A stretch of DNA of 27,723 nt, taken from the NCBI GenBank assembly GCA_021399345.1, contig JAAFKI010000198.1:1-27723 (forward strand), read 5' to 3'. The first letter of the stretch is position 1; every line of letters starts with the position of its first letter. The notes under the pieces were generated by a model. That model worked only from the letters and a program-made list of their open reading frames with translations, made no database searches and had not been told where the DNA came from. Made by a program: the position numbers and the translations under genes. This document shows, one piece after another, positions 17,579 through 27,658 of this stretch. Origin of the DNA: Candidatus Heimdallarchaeota archaeon. Its GTDB lineage: Archaea > Asgardarchaeota > Heimdallarchaeia > Heimdallarchaeales > Heimdallarchaeaceae.

Positions 17579-17651
17579 ACTCAAGTGTTCAGATTCTTTA
17601 ATTAATAGCCTTTTTATATTTAAAACTAGTATTTAAACTAGAGGAAGAATA

Positions 17652-19055
17652 ATGCCTACAGAAGTTAAGATATTCTTTAGAGTAGCTTTTGATCTTATTC
17701 TAGAATCAAATCAAAAAATAGAGGATAGAGAATTATTAACCTACCTAAAAGCTAATCCAAAGAAAGAAAAGGAATACAGGGCATTACCAATAAATTATTT
17801 CAAAATCATTCAAATTCTTGAAAAAAAGAATATCAAAATTAATTCATCCATTTTACAAGATACAAGCTTATCTCATGTTTACCAAAGTAAATTCAAAGTG
17901 AGACTGGAGTTAAGAGAATATCAAGAACAAGCTTTAGATGAATTTCTACAAAATGATGGTAAAGGCATCATTATTTTACCAACTGCAGCAGGTAAAACCA
18001 TTATTGGATTAAAAGCTATTGAAAAGCTAAAACAAAAAACAGTTATTGTTGTTCCGACCAAGAACTTACTCTACCAATGGATAGAGCACTTGAAGAAATA
18101 TTCTTCTCTTACTCGTGACATGATTGGTCAACTTGGAGACCAGATAAGAGAGATTAAAGAGATTACAGTAACAACTTATGATAGTGCAAGATTAAACATT
18201 AATCTACTAAGAAAAAATTTCAATTTTATCATTCTAGATGAAGCACATCATGCAGGAGCAAAAGAAACACTCAAAGTGCTTAGAGGCTTACCTTCAGCTT
18301 ATCGCTTAGGACTAACCGCAACACCAGATCGATCTGATCGAGGAGAAGAACGTCTATACAAATTAATTGGGAGTCCAATTAAGGTTGCTAGTGTTTCAGA
18401 CCTTTCAAAAAAAGGATTTGTAGCGGAATATGAACAAATGGCCATAAAAGTTCCTTTAGATGAAGAAGAAAGAGAAACCTATGATAAGCTCATGGCAACA
18501 TACAGAGAGTATCTCCGAAAAAGGAACATTCAGATTAGAACTCCTGAAGATTATGAAAGATATCTCATTTTCAGAGTAAATCAAGACCATGAAGCAAAAG
18601 AAGCTTTAGATGCTCATCGCTTGGCAAGGAATCTTGTTTTTTCATCAAAGGCAAAACTGAGTAAAATCGAGGAAATTCTAGTAAAACACCAAGAGGACCA
18701 TATAATTATTTTTTCAGAGTTTAATGATATGGTATATGATATCAGTCGAAGGCATTTAATTCCAGCAATCACTCATGAAACAAAGAGTGCTGAACGCAGT
18801 GATATACTACGAAAATTTAGCAGAGGTACTTACTCTAAGATAGTTACTGGTAAAGTTCTTGATGAGGGGTGGGATTGTGGAAATGTAAATGTTGGAATAA
18901 TAGTAAGTGGAACAGGGCAAGCAAGGCAATTTATTCAAAGATTAGGAAGAATTCTACGACCAAAGGAAGGAAAAGCTATCCTCTATGAACTTGTTACACC
19001 AGAAAGTCTTGAGACTGCAACGGTCAGAAGAAGAAAACAAAGTGATGTGATCTAA
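17652..19055 (+). CDS. xpb: XPB/Rad25-like superfamily 2 helicase
   Basis: LREYQ Q-motif, PTAAGKT, DEAH, GLTAT, LDEGWD and QRLGRILR. Confidence 0.9.
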   Translation: MPTEVKIFFRVAFDLILESNQKIEDRELLTYLKANPKKEKEYRALPINYFKIIQILEKKNIKINSSILQDTSLSHVYQSKFKVRLELREYQEQALDEFLQNDGKGIIILPTAAGKTIIGLKAIEKLKQKTVIVVPTKNLLYQWIEHLKKYSSLTRDMIGQLGDQIREIKEITVTTYDSARLNINLLRKNFNFIILDEAHHAGAKETLKVLRGLPSAYRLGLTATPDRSDRGEERLYKLIGSPIKVASVSDLSKKGFVAEYEQMAIKVPLDEEERETYDKLMATYREYLRKRNIQIRTPEDYERYLIFRVNQDHEAKEALDAHRLARNLVFSSKAKLSKIEEILVKHQEDHIIIFSEFNDMVYDISRRHLIPAITHETKSAERSDILRKFSRGTYSKIVTGKVLDEGWDCGNVNVGIIVSGTGQARQFIQRLGRILRPKEGKAILYELVTPESLETATVRRRKQSDVI

Positions 19056-20776
19056 TGAGAATAGCTTTATCTGATTTGGAACATGAAATAAGGGGAACTG
19101 GAAATAATACAGTGTTTGTTCCGATTTTCTTACAAACAGAAGAACGAAACAAAGTTCTTGCTTATATTCAATTTCTCGAAAAAAACTTAGGAAGAAAGAA
19201 ATCAGAAGTATTATTCGAAATTGTTGAAGATCTTTTTCCATCATATAAAATAATCAAATCTCTAAATGTATCTTCTGCGAGGTTTTATTATTATTCTTCT
19301 AAATCAACAGACGAGATTATAGGTGTTAGAAAAACAAAAGAACCTAAGAAGACTGGAAGTGACATCACCTCATTTATTGCCGATAGTGTTTCTAATAAAA
19401 ACGCCATTTCTAGTATGACTCCAGCTCAGTTTCGATCCAAAGTATATGAAAATGTTTCCAAGAAACAAAATAGTTTTGTTATCAATGAATTAAGAGAGGA
19501 AATAGTTAGCAATATTGAACGAGAGTTGGGAATTCCTGCCTTTTCTCTAGATAAACTTCTGTATAGAGATATAGATTCAGAAAGAGTACTTTTGAAACAT
19601 GATAATGTTAATCCTTTGCAACTAATCAGATATTTTAATTATGACACGATTGAAACTATCTTGTGTTTTTCAATAGATTTTCAAATGCGAATAAAAAAAT
19701 TACCAGGATATCTAGCAAAAAAAGTCATCTATCTCTCAAAGAAAAATTATGTTTTTACTGACATAATTCTTGAAGAAGATGGTTACAAAATTACAATTCA
19801 CCCCCCACTGGAACTTTATACTGAGCAAGGAGGATGGGGGAAGAACATTGCTAACGTCGCTACATATATTCTACGAGTTTTATTGCGAGAAGAAATAGAT
19901 TTCCAAATTAATGCTATTGTTAAACCAAGAAACAGAAAGGCAAAGTTTTCACTTAACTCATCTGAATTACCACTACTCCCTACCTTCAAAGCAGATGAAG
20001 ATGATGGAATCAATTTTAGACCGGAAATAGATTCTAAAGTAGAAAACCAATTCTTAAAAACTTGGAGAAATTATCATGGTTGGAAGGCAACTCCGGAACC
20101 TGAAGCTATAATTATCGGAAAAAAAATGTATGTCCCTGATTTTCTTTTACAACGAGGGGAAAAAACACTTTATTTAGAGATTGTTGGTTTCTATACAACA
20201 AAATACATCTTGAAGAAGAAAAAACAGATGGAGGAGTTAGATAAAGTAGACATTCATATCATCTATGTTATTGATGAAAATCTTAAACCCCATTTCACAG
20301 AAAAGAGAAAAATCAATCACATATTCTACACTGGAGTAAGGATACCTAACAATGAATTAAGCCAACTATTAGAACAACACTATTCAGATTTTGAAGAGAG
20401 ACTTCCTGTTTTTCAAGCGATAATAACAGAAGTAGGAAGGGAACTAGACAAGAGCAAAAAAAGTATAACTCTCAATGATTTGGATACAAAATTCAATGCT
20501 TATTCAACAGATGAAACAACCAAAATACTCTCTTCCTCAGAAGTGGATAAAATATACAAAGAATTTAACTTGACATTTTTAACAAGTTATGGATTGGTTC
20601 ACTCTGAAGTTTTTGACACTGTTCAGAAGCATATGAAATCTATTGGTAAGTCATCTCTTTTGGCTTTAAAAGACCAATTTCCTGAGTTCAAAGAGGCAAT
20701 AATAGCAATTTGTCAACATATAGGTTGTACTGTTAAATGGAAATCAATTGATGAGGTAGAAATTTCTTTGGACTAG
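19055..20776 (+). CDS. bax1: DUF790/Bax1-like endonuclease, partner of XPB
   Basis: Overlaps the xpb stop (TAATG); nuclease core DSKVE...EPE...VPDF...YLEIVGFYT. Confidence 0.82.
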   Translation: MRIALSDLEHEIRGTGNNTVFVPIFLQTEERNKVLAYIQFLEKNLGRKKSEVLFEIVEDLFPSYKIIKSLNVSSARFYYYSSKSTDEIIGVRKTKEPKKTGSDITSFIADSVSNKNAISSMTPAQFRSKVYENVSKKQNSFVINELREEIVSNIERELGIPAFSLDKLLYRDIDSERVLLKHDNVNPLQLIRYFNYDTIETILCFSIDFQMRIKKLPGYLAKKVIYLSKKNYVFTDIILEEDGYKITIHPPLELYTEQGGWGKNIANVATYILRVLLREEIDFQINAIVKPRNRKAKFSLNSSELPLLPTFKADEDDGINFRPEIDSKVENQFLKTWRNYHGWKATPEPEAIIIGKKMYVPDFLLQRGEKTLYLEIVGFYTTKYILKKKKQMEELDKVDIHIIYVIDENLKPHFTEKRKINHIFYTGVRIPNNELSQLLEQHYSDFEERLPVFQAIITEVGRELDKSKKSITLNDLDTKFNAYSTDETTKILSSSEVDKIYKEFNLTFLTSYGLVHSEVFDTVQKHMKSIGKSSLLALKDQFPEFKEAIIAICQHIGCTVKWKSIDEVEISLD

Positions 20777-20798
20777 AATCCTTTGAAGGGATTTCAAT

Positions 20799-20815
20799 CG
20801 AAAAATTCTTTTAAG
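20799..20815 (+). promoter_or_regulatory. BRE/TATA promoter of the phosphorylase gene
   Basis: cgaaaaattcTTTTAAG; the T-run starts 27 nt before the ATG at 20836. Confidence 0.5.
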
Positions 20816-20835
20816 TCAAATTGTATTTGTAATCA

Positions 20836-21627
20836 ATGCAAGGCAAAATAGCAATTATAGGAGGGTCAGGAGTCTATGGGTTATTCAGGAAAGCCAAAAA
20901 AGTTTCTGTGAAAACTCCTTATGGTAAAGTAGATAATATAACTAAAGTCAAACATAAAGATCAAGAGATGTTTTTCCTACCTAGACATGGGCCTAAACAT
21001 TCAGTTCCACCTCATCTAATTAACTATAGAGCAAACCTTTATGCTCTATATGAATTAGGCGTTTCTAGAATTTTTGCTACTAATGCAGTAGGTTCAATAG
21101 ATACAAGCATTAATCCTGGAGATTTTGTTATTCCTGATCAGATAATAGATATGACCAAACATAGACCGCTAACATATTATGATGGTCAAACCAAAATCAA
21201 CTTCAGTGATGGAACCTCTAGACAAGGTGTTGTACATCTAGATTATACAAATCCTTATTGTCCAAAATTGAGAACACAATACATAAAGGCTGTAGAAGAA
21301 GTAGGTGGGATGGTGCAAACAAAGGGAGTTCATATTTGTGCAGATGGACCAAGATTTGAAACACCAGCTGAAATAATCATGTACCAAAAGATGGGAGGAA
21401 CTGTAGTAGGTATGACTACTATTCCTGAAGCCATTCTAGCCAGAGAGCTAAAAATGTGTTATGCTACATTATGTTTGATCACAAATTATGGTGCAGGAAT
21501 GCAAGAAAAAATTACACATGAAGAAGTTGTAAGGCTTTTCAAGGAAAAAACTGACACAATCAAAGAAATAATGAAGAATATTGTAGCACAAAAAATGCTA
21601 GATATTAAGTGTGATTGCAAGGATTAA
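20836..21627 (+). CDS. mtnP: MTAP/PNP-family nucleoside phosphorylase, probably 6-oxopurine/methylthioinosine-preferring
   Basis: IIGGSG, FLPRHG, NYRAN, GPRFETPAE and VGMT. ITNYGAG has Asn instead of the MTAP-type DYD. Confidence 0.88.
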   Translation: MQGKIAIIGGSGVYGLFRKAKKVSVKTPYGKVDNITKVKHKDQEMFFLPRHGPKHSVPPHLINYRANLYALYELGVSRIFATNAVGSIDTSINPGDFVIPDQIIDMTKHRPLTYYDGQTKINFSDGTSRQGVVHLDYTNPYCPKLRTQYIKAVEEVGGMVQTKGVHICADGPRFETPAEIIMYQKMGGTVVGMTTIPEAILARELKMCYATLCLITNYGAGMQEKITHEEVVRLFKEKTDTIKEIMKNIVAQKMLDIKCDCKD

Positions 21628-21790
21628 TTGAAATTTCCCTTTAAATACTAAATAAAACAGGTGTATATCAGAAAGGGGCGTAAAAGTCATCTAGATGCAA
21701 CAGAGAACGATTTCAATAAACTTGAGATAAAAAGCTTTTTAAATAGATGTTAATTAGTTGCCTCAATATATAAAGGATAGATGGGATAAA

Positions 21791-22372
21791 ATGACACCAA
21801 AAGGAATAGATTATGGTATAGTAATCCAAAACGTTGTAGCAAGTATCAATCTTTTTACAACAATTGATTTAGTTACTGCTTATCAAACACTCATTGATGA
21901 TGACGATTTATTTGTAAGTTATAATCCAGAAACCTTCCCAGGACTAATATTAAAAATAAAAAAACCAAAGATTTCTAGTCTTGTTTTCAGCTCTGGAAAA
22001 TTAGTTTTAACCGGTGCTAAGTCTACTGAGATGGTTCATGAGGGAGTTGTGCAAATGGCCAAAATCCTAAGAACTGTAGGAACCAAGATAGATGAAGATC
22101 CAGAAATAATAGTTCAAAATATTGTAGCCTCTGGTCATTTCAATCATAGAACAATAAACCTAGAGTTAGCAGCATTGTGGTTAGAACATTCCATGTATGA
22201 ACCTGAACAATTTCCCGGTCTAATTTACAGACTTGCAGAGCCTAAAACCGTTCTTCTCTTATTCCAATCTGGAAATCTTGTATGTACTGGTGCAAAGACA
22301 GAAGCGCAAGTTCGCCAAGCTGTTGAAAATACTTACAATACTTTAGACGAAATCAACGCTTTTGATTTCTAA
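21791..22372 (+). CDS. tbp: TATA-box binding protein (ATG 21791 preferred over TTG 21758)
   Basis: Two TBP repeats: IQNVVAS...YNPETFPGLI...FSSGKLVLTGAK and VQNIVAS...YEPEQFPGLIYR...FQSGNLVCTGAK. Confidence 0.97.
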   Translation: MTPKGIDYGIVIQNVVASINLFTTIDLVTAYQTLIDDDDLFVSYNPETFPGLILKIKKPKISSLVFSSGKLVLTGAKSTEMVHEGVVQMAKILRTVGTKIDEDPEIIVQNIVASGHFNHRTINLELAALWLEHSMYEPEQFPGLIYRLAEPKTVLLLFQSGNLVCTGAKTEAQVRQAVENTYNTLDEINAFDF

Positions 22373-22401
22373 ATTCTTTCCCCTCCCTTTTTTCCACTAT
22401 T

Positions 22402-23598
22402 TCATCGTATTTTTGAGAGAGCTTGGTCTACATCCTCTATTAGATCGTCGATATCTTCCAAACCAATTGACATTCTTATCATCGTATCAGGAATTCCAAT
22501 GGTTATTCTTTCTTCTTGAGTTAGTTGCTGATGAGTTGTAAATGCGGGATGTGTAGCTAAAGTTTTAGTTGCTCCCAAATGTCCAGTATGTATTATTAAC
22601 TCAAAGGAATCAATAACATTTTTCGCATCTAATAGTTCCCCTTTAGTTACAAATGACAACAAAGAGCTATATCCACTGAGTTGTTTCTTAGCTAATTCAT
22701 GCTGAGGATGACTCTTTAATCCTGGATAATGCACAGATTCAACTTTTTGATGATCTTCTAGATATTCAGCAAAAGCTAAAGCATTTTCACAATGTTTCTT
22801 CATCCTCAAACTTAAAGTTTCCATACCTAAAAGTAATAACCAGCTGTTGAAAGGACTGATTGAAGGACCTATATTGCGGTAATCTTTTTCTCTCATTTTA
22901 TCAATGTAATCTGCAGGACCGGCTATAACTCCAGAAATACAAGAAGCATTTCCACTCAAATATTTGGTTGCTGAATGGATAACAATATCTGCACCTAATG
23001 TTATTGGTTGTTGAAGAGCAGGGGAAGCAACAGTATTATCAACTAACAAAGGCAAATTATTTTCATGTGCTAATTTTGCTAACGCAGGAATATCAGCTAT
23101 GAATAAGTTGGGGTTTGAGGGAGATTCAACATAAAGGAATTTGGTTTTGTCATTAATAGCTTCCGACCAATTTTCAATGTTGGAAGCGTCACTGACAAAA
23201 ACTGGGTTAAAACCCATTTTTGGGAAAGTTTCTGAAAAGAGTTTATTTGTACCTCCATAGATCTTACTTGGAGTTAGAAATCCTTCACCTTTACCCAATA
23301 GATGCAAACAAGCTATGAATATTGCGGACATTCCTGAAGAGGTCGCTAGAGCCTTATCAGTTAATTCAACAGCTGCTAACCGATCTTCAAACATCTTATT
23401 TGTTGGGTTGTCCATTCGGCCATACATAAATCCTTCAATCTCATAACGAAAGAGTTGAGCAGCATATTCTGCACTTTCATAAGGATATGCAACACTTTGA
23501 TAGATTGGTGGGGTAATAGTTTTGGTTTCTAGTACATCATGTCCAGCGTGAACACAAAGAGTATCAAAATTGAAATCTCTTTTCTGTTTTTTAGGCAT
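22402..23598 (-). CDS. Cys/Met metabolism PLP enzyme (O-acylhomoserine sulfhydrylase / methionine gamma-lyase / cystathionine gamma-synthase family)
   Basis: PPIYQS, YGRMDNPT, SSGMSA, ESPSNP, VDNT, HSATKYLSG (PLP Lys) and RMSIGLE. Confidence 0.9.
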   Translation of the reverse strand: MPKKQKRDFNFDTLCVHAGHDVLETKTITPPIYQSVAYPYESAEYAAQLFRYEIEGFMYGRMDNPTNKMFEDRLAAVELTDKALATSSGMSAIFIACLHLLGKGEGFLTPSKIYGGTNKLFSETFPKMGFNPVFVSDASNIENWSEAINDKTKFLYVESPSNPNLFIADIPALAKLAHENNLPLLVDNTVASPALQQPITLGADIVIHSATKYLSGNASCISGVIAGPADYIDKMREKDYRNIGPSISPFNSWLLLLGMETLSLRMKKHCENALAFAEYLEDHQKVESVHYPGLKSHPQHELAKKQLSGYSSLLSFVTKGELLDAKNVIDSFELIIHTGHLGATKTLATHPAFTTHQQLTQEERITIGIPDTMIRMSIGLEDIDDLIEDVDQALSKIR

Positions 23599-23620
23599 GA
23601 GTAAATTAAGAGAATGTAAT

Positions 23621-23633
23621 TCTTAAACTTTTC
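23621..23633 (-). promoter_or_regulatory. BRE/TATA promoter of the PLP enzyme gene
   Basis: gaaaagTTTAAGa; the T-run starts 29 nt before the ATG at 23598. Confidence 0.5.
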
Positions 23634-23704
23634 ATTTTCTGTAGCGCAGAGGTTATTTTAATAAAATATTATATATAGAAGACTGCTTATATTATAGCTT
23701 AAGG

Positions 23705-24982
23705 ATGAAGAAGGGTGCTAAGAAGATTAAAGGATTGTTTAAGAAAAGATATTTGGAAATAATTGTGATTATACTTGTTGCAATAGCTTCTGTAATATTA
23801 TTTTTCTCCTTAAGTAATGTATATAATTTTCTAATTGTCGAAGCAGTTCTAGTTATTGCCATTCCTATAATTATTAGACTAAATAGAAAAACAGCAGATA
23901 GAAAAACAAGAAATGAAATTGACGCTCTTTTGAGAGTAGGAAGAGAACATCAAATTCCAAGAAGTGTGCATATAGACACTGCAAGATATTCAAGCCCAGG
24001 ATATATAGATAAAGGCGCAGGAGCAGAATATGGACGACCAGTTGGAATAATGATTAGCTCAGCTGAAGTGATGTATGATGACGAAGTAAGAAAGAAAAAA
24101 TTCTTTGGGAAGAAGGGGAGAACAGTTTCTCAATATTATCCACTGGATGGAGCAAGTCCTATTTACCAATTTATGATGACATCTTCAAGAGTCAAAGATT
24201 CCTTTGATAAAGGACCAAGTTTACATGAGGTATTTGATGAGAAATCTCTACAATTTCTAGAGAATATCCGAAAAGATATTGTTGATATGGGTGGAAAAAA
24301 TATAAAATTGTATTATGATGAAGTTAAACCTAGTTTAGTATTTATGTTTTCAAAAAGTAGTAAATATAGTTTTATCACAGGAATTATTTTACACATATAT
24401 TCTGATAAAGAAATGATACTAGAAGGGATTCTCAAAAAATATCAACATTTTTCATTGACTCTCCACAAGAATGAAGTTGGGGAAGAAAACAAATATTCTA
24501 TTATCAGCAGTTATTCAGTGGTTAAAGAAGGGATTCTAGCAAAAGATGAATTTAAACAGAAGTTGGAAACAGTTTACGAAAACGTTGAACATTTAATGAT
24601 TAATCAGAAATACGTAACGGGGAATATCTCAAACATTAAGGATTTGAAAGCTTTTCTAGGTCTAGTTAAGGAATTGTCCTTAGAACTCTCAAGACTCGAT
24701 ATTGGAATTATTGAAGTTGAAGAATTGGAATGCCTTAACTGTGGTGAAAAAATAAGTTTAAATGATGCAGAGTGTTCATCATGTGGTACAAGCAGACCAC
24801 GCTGTAAGGTCTGTAGATTGGAGTTATATCCATCTGAAAAAGAAGATATAGTTCAAACCCCTTGTTGTGGTGTGTATGCTCACAAACTACATATGATTAT
24901 GTGGTTGGATAACCATCGAAAATGTCCTAACTGTCAAAAGCTTCAAACAAGATGGCTGGATCAACTTAAAGAATCATACTAG
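23705..24982 (+). CDS. Membrane-anchored zinc-ribbon plus RING-finger protein (putative E3 ligase-like)
   Basis: Two N-terminal TM helices; CLNC-x10-CSSC; CKVC-x16-CC-x4-H-x2-H-x3-W-x6-CPNC. Confidence 0.75.
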   Translation: MKKGAKKIKGLFKKRYLEIIVIILVAIASVILFFSLSNVYNFLIVEAVLVIAIPIIIRLNRKTADRKTRNEIDALLRVGREHQIPRSVHIDTARYSSPGYIDKGAGAEYGRPVGIMISSAEVMYDDEVRKKKFFGKKGRTVSQYYPLDGASPIYQFMMTSSRVKDSFDKGPSLHEVFDEKSLQFLENIRKDIVDMGGKNIKLYYDEVKPSLVFMFSKSSKYSFITGIILHIYSDKEMILEGILKKYQHFSLTLHKNEVGEENKYSIISSYSVVKEGILAKDEFKQKLETVYENVEHLMINQKYVTGNISNIKDLKAFLGLVKELSLELSRLDIGIIEVEELECLNCGEKISLNDAECSSCGTSRPRCKVCRLELYPSEKEDIVQTPCCGVYAHKLHMIMWLDNHRKCPNCQKLQTRWLDQLKESY

Positions 24983-25044
24983 GAGTTTTTGTTAATATAT
25001 GAGATAAATTTTAAAGAGGATAATCTAAACAAAAATCGAGAATT

Positions 25045-25563
25045 ATGACTTTGGAAGAAGTATATAATAAAATTGAACAAAACAAAGATGCTTCAGTCGA
25101 CCTTTTGTGTGAACTACTTAAGATCCCTAGTATAGCTGCTAAAGAAACAGGTGGACCAGAAGCTATTGAGTTTCTCTCTTAATATTTTGAAGAAGCAGGA
25201 TTTACATATTTTCTCGCTGAAACCTCTGGTAATCCTGTTTTCTGTGCAGAAATGAACGTTGGATCAGACAAAACCCTTCTATTCTACGATCATTATGATG
25301 TTCAACCAGAAGATCCTATAGATTTATGGGATTCTCCTCCTTTTGAACCAACTATTAGAGACGGAAAAATATTTGCTAGAGGTGTTTCAGATAATAAAGG
25401 AGAGATAATTTGCAGACTTCAAGCAATAAAAGCGTATAATGAAGTTTTTGGGAAACCTCCCGTTAATGTCAAGTTTGTTATTGAAGGCGAAGAGGAAGTT
25501 GGTTCTCCCAATTTAGAAGAATTTGTGAATAACAACAGAGAAAATTATGGAATCAGTTTCTGA
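25045..25563 (+). pseudogene. M20/ArgE-DapE-family dipeptidase pseudogene (in-frame stop and C-terminal truncation)
   Basis: ATG 25045 MTLEEVYNKI...LLKIPSI; in-frame TAA at 25180-25182; then YDHYDVQP, ARGVSDNKG and EGEEEVGSPNL. Homology ends near 25541, far short of a full M20 enzyme. Confidence 0.85.
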
Positions 25564-25852
25564 GGAGATATCTGAAGAAGTATTGCAGAAAATGGTAGAA
25601 GTATCAAACGATGCTTTCTCACAAAGTATAAAGAAAGTCAAAGAATGGACTAACAAAATTGAAAAAATGCCAATACAGGTTAAAGGTGGTCTTGTTTACC
25701 AACGTTACTGGAACAAGCAAAATAAACAGGCTAAACTGAAATTGTAAATAAAGCGCAGATTCAGAGGTGCCTTTGATTTCATTGTTAAGAACTCCAACGG
25801 TAAAACCTACATCACTATCTACGCAGAACTACGTTCTTTTTTTCAAAAATAA
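25547..25852 (+). pseudogene. Possible remnant of an unrelated gene fused at a deletion junction
   Basis: 66-aa ORF whose frame continues 34 more codons after TAA 25745-25747. No recognisable M20 C-terminal motifs. Confidence 0.3.
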
Positions 25853-25900
25853 ACTTTCCCTTGCGATAGATTTAATTTATCTTCAGTAAACATATTTGTA

Positions 25901-27658
25901 ATGAAGGATGCTGTTTACCAATTTTTAGAGAAGGAATATCAAGAAGCGAAAAGAGTTCATCAGCTTCAAACTCTATTTGAACGTTATAAAATAATGAGTA
26001 AAGATCTCATAGAAGAATTCCAAGCAGATTTTGATAACTCAAATAATCTCGTTCTTTCTGCCCTCTACACTGCTGATTATATCATAATGTCTTCTGAAGT
26101 GAAATTTGAACTAGAAGATTCTGTAAGAAGGCAAGAAATTATTGATTTTTGGAAAAAATTATCATTGCCTAAGGAAGAAACATGGTATGAATTAACACAT
26201 ATTGTAGCATTTTCATTCAAAGTTGCTTCTATATTGAGAAAGAGATTCTATTATCTTCTTGATCGAGGAGTTGCCAAACATATAGCGGCTGCATTAGTTG
26301 CAGATTATTATACCAGACATCTTTTGGTTTTTGTAATAGAAAAAATGCAATACATTCCAATGTGGTGGGCAGCATTCCTGATGGAAACTGCTTTGTGCCA
26401 ATCTATTTTCTCAAAATCCTTAGAAAAATGGGTGAATCTTCGAGATATTATGGAATCACAACAACCAGGAATTATCTCTCAGATTATTGCCAAACATTTT
26501 GCTATTGAAACAGAAGGAGAACCAAACCCAGCTGTTCCAATCCCTTATTTCAAAGAATCTACAATGTTTTATTATTTCAGATGGCAAGATGGTGAAACCA
26601 AAAGTGAAAAATTTGAATCCATTATACCAGTACTCAAGACTGCACAATTTGCCAAGGAATTCAAGAATACCACAAAGCTGCTTAGTGGAGATTATCCTCA
26701 CATACTAAAGTATATCAGATTTACAAATAAACTAGAATCAATAACCTCAGAAATCAATTTTTTTATTGTCAATGCTAAGACTGCAACAGCTGAAGGATGG
26801 ATAGGATTACTAAGTCCTCTAGATGATATTAATCTCAAGGAAGTTGAAGCCCTTCTACAACAGAAATTAGAAGATATCAGTGCATTTGAAAAATTCAAGA
26901 AAGATTTACCTCAAATGGATGTTTTCAATAGAGTTAAGGAAGAAAGAGAGATTATAGAAGAAAAGATTGAAATTGAAGAACAACCCAAGCCTACAGGTTT
27001 CTTTGGAAAACTTTTCTCTGCTTTCAAAAAGAAAAAGGAACCTAAAATTAGGAAATCAACAATTAAGAAATCAATACCAATTGATGCCTGGTCTCGACTG
27101 ATTCTAGATGAAATGATTTTAACCAGTGTATCCGGTATTGGCATAGGTGAAGAAGTTTACGACTCCTTCAGAGAAGATGATTTTGTTATTAGTGGGGTGA
27201 TTGAATCCGAACAGAAACAAACCCAGCCAACAGTTTTCTATTCTGAATCACCTATTCAGTTTCCTACTGAATTCTTAGATCCAGTTATTGGTATCTTAGA
27301 AACTGCTAAACGGTTTATATCAGTTAGTTATAGTGAAAAGATACTGTCAATAATTCCTGAAGAGGCTTTCTTTGAGAATAAGTTGAATCCCGAAGTTTTT
27401 CGATTAGTAGAATTCGTCAAAGGAGAGAAGGTTGTAATTGGTATCTTAGCTGAAAAACAAGCAAAAACTGCTTTGACAGTAGCACGACCTGAGCCTAGCT
27501 ATCAAAGAAGATCACTTATCAGGAAAGCAAATGAAATTTTACATGCTAGAAGAGTCAATAATATAATAGACTCAGGGAAAAGAACACTTGCTCGAGAAAT
27601 TGACTGGGATAAGGTAAATAAAAGCTTTGAAGAAAAAACGTTGTTCTTTGTGAGTTAG
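25901..27658 (+). CDS. Hypothetical protein: helical N-terminus, possible longin-like domain(s), internal amphipathic helix
   Basis: Intact 585-aa ORF; beta-beta-alpha-beta-beta-beta-alpha patterning in the middle and C-terminal parts; GFFGKLFSAFKKKK motif. Confidence 0.55.
   Translation: MKDAVYQFLEKEYQEAKRVHQLQTLFERYKIMSKDLIEEFQADFDNSNNLVLSALYTADYIIMSSEVKFELEDSVRRQEIIDFWKKLSLPKEETWYELTHIVAFSFKVASILRKRFYYLLDRGVAKHIAAALVADYYTRHLLVFVIEKMQYIPMWWAAFLMETALCQSIFSKSLEKWVNLRDIMESQQPGIISQIIAKHFAIETEGEPNPAVPIPYFKESTMFYYFRWQDGETKSEKFESIIPVLKTAQFAKEFKNTTKLLSGDYPHILKYIRFTNKLESITSEINFFIVNAKTATAEGWIGLLSPLDDINLKEVEALLQQKLEDISAFEKFKKDLPQMDVFNRVKEEREIIEEKIEIEEQPKPTGFFGKLFSAFKKKKEPKIRKSTIKKSIPIDAWSRLILDEMILTSVSGIGIGEEVYDSFREDDFVISGVIESEQKQTQPTVFYSESPIQFPTEFLDPVIGILETAKRFISVSYSEKILSIIPEEAFFENKLNPEVFRLVEFVKGEKVVIGILAEKQAKTALTVARPEPSYQRRSLIRKANEILHARRVNNIIDSGKRTLAREIDWDKVNKSFEEKTLFFVS

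Noticed and set aside
17652-20776. Helicase-nuclease pair as a novel defence system
   Set aside because: Matches the known archaeal XPB-Bax1 (DUF790) module.
25180-25182. Stop-codon recoding in the M20 peptidase
   Set aside because: The codon is TAA, which ends many genes here, and the gene is also truncated. Pseudogenisation is the simpler explanation.
624-27144. Short ORF-track calls overlapping longer genes (624-866, 3731-3964, 5316-5543, 6215-6400, 8016-8213, 13769-13957, 14947-15201, 15173-15370, 16616-16801, 18954-19244, 19816-20013, 26456-26701, 26487-26708, 26698-26898, 26911-27144)
   Set aside because: Antisense or out-of-frame shadows of well-supported genes, with no motifs.
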